NCBI GenBank assembly: GCA_003520925.1
Contig: DOTV01000196.1
Coordinates: forward strand, 1 to 51,601
Direction of reading: 5' to 3'
DNA length: 51,601 nt
DNA from: Bacteroidales bacterium
Lineage (GTDB): Bacteria; Bacteroidota; Bacteroidia; Bacteroidales; VadinHA17
A program made the translations under genes and the position numbers. Numbering within the stretch: the stretch's first letter is position 1; every line of letters begins with the position of its first letter. The notes below the pieces were generated by a model. It worked only from the letters and a program-made list of their open reading frames with translations, did not search any database and was not told the DNA's origin. Positions 48,616 through 51,601 of this stretch are shown one piece after another.

Positions 48616-48623
48616 CAAAATTA
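48616..48623 (-). promoter_or_regulatory. -7 box (TAATTTTG) for the 891-aa gene
   Basis: Exact TAnnTTTG match 25 nt before GTG 48590. Confidence 0.58.
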
Positions 48624-48740
48624 AGAATAATATGCCATCAAAAACCGGAAATGTTTTTGGCCCTTAATTTGAGGCCATATATCTTATTATTCGTCAACTG
48701 AAAAATTTATCTATTTTTATAATCAGCTTAGCCGTCCACG

Positions 48741-51146
48741 ATGAGATTCGTATTATCAGCTTTTCTGTTTTTTTTATATTGCGCCTTAAGCTTCTCCCAG
48801 ATTGTTACTGTGGTTGATAATGAGGACTCAAAACCAATCTCAGATGTGGCAGTGGTGAATGAGCTGGCTGTAAAGTTCACCTATACAAACAGGCAGGGAA
48901 AAGCCGACATATCATCATTCGAGAATGAACCGGCGGTATGCTTTCAGCATTTTACTTATGAAAGAGTCTGCCTTAGCTTTGAAGAGATCAGAAAGGCTGG
49001 TTTTCAGATCAGGCTTGACAAAAAGATTTTTGCTTTTGAGGAGTTCGTGGTTTCTGCCAACAGGTGGGAACAGAACAGGAATGAGGTTCCGAACAAGATA
49101 TCAATTGTGACACGACAGGAAACTCAGCTTCAGAATCCACAGACAACAGCTGATCTGCTTGGTATTTCTGACGAGATTTTCATCCAGAAGAGCCAGCTTG
49201 GAGGCGGCAGTCCGATGATACGTGGATTTGCAACCAACAGGATTCTGATAGTGGTCGATGGCGTCAGGATGAACAATGCCATTTACAGGGAGGGAAATAT
49301 TCAGAATGTAATCTCACTCGACCCAGCCTTGCTTGAATCAACCGAAATAATATTCGGCCCTGGTGCATCGGTTTACGGAAGTGATGCTATTGGCGGGGTA
49401 ATGGATTTTCATACTAAAAATGCATTGTTTTCGACCGGAAAGAAGATATATATCAAAGCTGATGCTTATTCAAGGTATTCATCTGCAAATAGTGAGAAAA
49501 CATTTCATCTCGATATTAATCTTGGTGGAAAAAGAACAGCTTTCTTTTCGGGCATCTCCTGGTCTGATTACGGAGATCTTAAAATGGGCTCCAACAATAA
49601 TGAAAGTTATCTGCGGAAAGAGTATGTTCAGAGGATCATCGGCATTGATTCAGTTTTTCTCAACCGCGATCCAAGGGTCCAGAAATTTTCGGGATACAGG
49701 CAGCTGAACCTCCTGAGTAAATTCAGATACAGGATTTCCGATAATATTGACCTGCTTCTTTCATGTCATTATTCTGGATTATCCGATGTACCCCGTTATG
49801 ACAGGCTTATTCAGTACAAATCGGGAAAACTGAGGTATGCCCAATGGTATTACGGTCCGCAGATTTGGGCAATGAACAGCCTTCAGCTTAATTTCTCAGG
49901 GAAGAATAAGCTTTATGATAAGGCAAAACTGATTGCAGCCTATCAGAATTACAGCGAAAGCCGTCACGACAGAAGTCTCGGAAATATATCATTGAATGAG
50001 CAGTTTGAAAAAGTAAATATAATCTCAGTCAATGCCGACTTCGATAAGTCATTTAAAAAAGAAGATCAGCTTCTGTTTTACGGATTTGAATATGTCAGGA
50101 ACGATATAACCTCTGAAGCACAGACTAGAAATATTCTCACCGGTTCGAAAGTTCCTGCCGGTTCGAGGTATCCAAACGGAAGCAACATTTATTCAACCTT
50201 TGCATTGTATTCAGGTTACAAGAATAATCTGTCGGATGCAGTTACTATAATAACAGGGTTAAGATATAACTATACAGGACTCTCCTCAACAATTGCTGAC
50301 AATTCATTTTATAATTTCCCGTTCACGGTATTTTCAATAAAGAATTCAGCGCTCACCGGATCAGCCGGATTAGTAGTCAGACTTAAGAACAGTCTGCAGC
50401 TGAACCTCAATGCAGCAACCGGGTTCAGAGCTCCGAACCTCGATGATGCAGGTAAAATATTTGATTCTGCTCCCGGAGTTGTGGTTGTGCCGAATCCCGG
50501 TCTGAAACCCGAATATGCCTATAATATCGATCTTGGAATCTCAAAGAGTTTTGGTGAGATATTCCATCTTGAAATAACCGGGTTCCATACCTGGCTCATC
50601 AACGCGATGATACGCCATGATTTTATGTTCAATGGCCAGACAATGATAACTTACAATAACCAGCCTAGCAAAGTTGAGGCTGTTACAAATGCCGGTTCGG
50701 CCCGTGCTTACGGAGCGCATATCAGCTTCCAGTCAAAAGTGACAGGTCATATACTGGTTAAATCTTCGCTGAACATAACTGAAGGTAAGGAGGAGGACGG
50801 CTCACCGTTAAGGCATGCTGCACCGGTATTCGGAGCCGTTCACATAATGGCCGAATATACAAAGTTCATGGCCGATATCTATTCAAATTTTAACGGGGCC
50901 AGGCGATTCTCCAGGATGCCTCCTTCAGAAACCGAGAAACCTTACCTCTATGCAACAGATAATAATGGCAACCCATGGTCTCCAGGATGGTTCACCCTGA
51001 ATATAAAGCTTTCCTACACTATCTCAGACAGATATATTATTAACGGCGGCATCGAAAACATCCTCGATAACCGTTACAGACCATATTCATCAGGTATTGC
51101 TGCGCCCGGAAGGAATTTTATCATTTCTGCAAGAATTATTATTTGA
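48741..51146 (+). CDS. TonB-dependent outer-membrane receptor
   Basis: Signal peptide, EFVVSA TonB-box-like segment, plug GGGSPMIRG..DGVRMN..GPGASVYGSDAIGGV, GFRAPNL, ENILD..Y....GRNF C-terminus. Confidence 0.93.
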   Translation: MRFVLSAFLFFLYCALSFSQIVTVVDNEDSKPISDVAVVNELAVKFTYTNRQGKADISSFENEPAVCFQHFTYERVCLSFEEIRKAGFQIRLDKKIFAFEEFVVSANRWEQNRNEVPNKISIVTRQETQLQNPQTTADLLGISDEIFIQKSQLGGGSPMIRGFATNRILIVVDGVRMNNAIYREGNIQNVISLDPALLESTEIIFGPGASVYGSDAIGGVMDFHTKNALFSTGKKIYIKADAYSRYSSANSEKTFHLDINLGGKRTAFFSGISWSDYGDLKMGSNNNESYLRKEYVQRIIGIDSVFLNRDPRVQKFSGYRQLNLLSKFRYRISDNIDLLLSCHYSGLSDVPRYDRLIQYKSGKLRYAQWYYGPQIWAMNSLQLNFSGKNKLYDKAKLIAAYQNYSESRHDRSLGNISLNEQFEKVNIISVNADFDKSFKKEDQLLFYGFEYVRNDITSEAQTRNILTGSKVPAGSRYPNGSNIYSTFALYSGYKNNLSDAVTIITGLRYNYTGLSSTIADNSFYNFPFTVFSIKNSALTGSAGLVVRLKNSLQLNLNAATGFRAPNLDDAGKIFDSAPGVVVVPNPGLKPEYAYNIDLGISKSFGEIFHLEITGFHTWLINAMIRHDFMFNGQTMITYNNQPSKVEAVTNAGSARAYGAHISFQSKVTGHILVKSSLNITEGKEEDGSPLRHAAPVFGAVHIMAEYTKFMADIYSNFNGARRFSRMPPSETEKPYLYATDNNGNPWSPGWFTLNIKLSYTISDRYIINGGIENILDNRYRPYSSGIAAPGRNFIISARIII

Positions 51147-51160
51147 TCCGCGAAGTGAGT

Positions 51161-51176
51161 TTGGCACGCATTTTGA
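51161..51176 (+). promoter_or_regulatory. Candidate sigma-54 (-24/-12) promoter
   Basis: TTGGCACG-CATT-TTGA versus consensus YTGGCACG-N4-TTGC: perfect -24 element, exact spacing, one -12 mismatch. Confidence 0.6.
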
Positions 51177-51187
51177 AATTACTTTGT

Positions 51188-51258
51188 TACACAGGCAATC
51201 TCAAAATATACTTGATTCTTCAAGGTCAGCCAGGTCAAAAGCCTGGCTTTTATTTTTT
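51188..51258 (+). ncRNA. Candidate ~70-nt small RNA
   Basis: Bounded by the sigma-54-like promoter and an intrinsic terminator; no ATG-initiated ORF; internal hairpin CTTGA-TTCT-TCAAG. Confidence 0.45.
51228..51258 (+). terminator. Intrinsic terminator (plus strand only)
   Basis: Stem AGCCAGG/CCTGGCT, 7-nt loop, then TTTATTTTTT; no U-tract in the minus direction. Confidence 0.8.
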
Positions 51259-51259
51259 A

Positions 51260-51601
51260 TCAGAATGATTTGTATCCGATTATTTCACGGACCTCTCTAA
51301 CGGTCCTGGAGGCACTTTCCCTTGCCTTTTCACTTCCTTCCCTGACTACTTTTGCAAGGTATTTTTCATCCGCGAGTAAATTATCGATTCTTTCCCTGAC
51401 AGGAGTAGTTGCTTTTATAATATCTTCTGCCAGCTGTTTTTTTAAATCACCATAACGGATTTCACAGGAGGCATGCTTATCTGTGAAATATTTAACAACC
51501 GACGGATCTGAAACCACATTCATTATTGTGAAGAGATTTCTTACGGGTTCCGACATTGCCTGACCAGGTTCAGAGGGTCCTGCATCCGTCACGGCACTCA
51601 T
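51260..51601 (-). CDS. trpS: Tryptophan-tRNA ligase, 3' part (runs off the window end)
   Basis: AVTD.GP, NLFTIM, IRYGDLKKQLAEDI, G.EKARESA.RTV.EVR.IIG anticodon-binding domain. Confidence 0.9.
   Translation of the reverse strand: MSAVTDAGPSEPGQAMSEPVRNLFTIMNVVSDPSVVKYFTDKHASCEIRYGDLKKQLAEDIIKATTPVRERIDNLLADEKYLAKVVREGSEKARESASRTVREVREIIGYKSF

Overview
Gene-dense core-chromosome segment of a Bacteroidota bacterium, probably Bacteroidales-like. The assignment rests on many TAnnTTTG -7 promoter boxes, KISTS-type MetG and a porP-gldKLMN operon. It holds about 43 CDSs: housekeeping genes (partial pgk, holB, trmB, tsaE, metG, panC, panD, radA, topA, partial trpS), an Fe-S/redox group (tpx, ricT, mrp/apbC, Nfu), envelope and sugar genes (wbpE-wbpD-wbpB-galE-rfbB, glmS, manC, PBP1A, LD-carboxypeptidase, mlaEF, a TonB-dependent receptor) and many type IX secretion (T9SS)/gliding genes (gldH, sprE/porW, porX, porP, gldK-L-M-N). 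I found no rRNA, tRNA, CRISPR array, transposase or phage gene. The most interesting signals are non-coding or sub-genic: (1) a candidate sigma-54-driven ~70 nt small RNA with its own intrinsic terminator between the TonB receptor and trpS, plus two weaker sigma-54-like sites upstream of the T9SS operon and the TonB gene; (2) four copies of a bipartite REP/REPIN-like C/G-run palindrome, one with a nested insert; (3) inverted heptamer arrays at convergent junctions; (4) a G9 tract inside gldM; (5) apparent pseudoenzymes (Ald-like, arginase-like, half-GT5) next to T9SS and hexosamine genes. All gene calls come from motif recognition by eye; no database searches were run.
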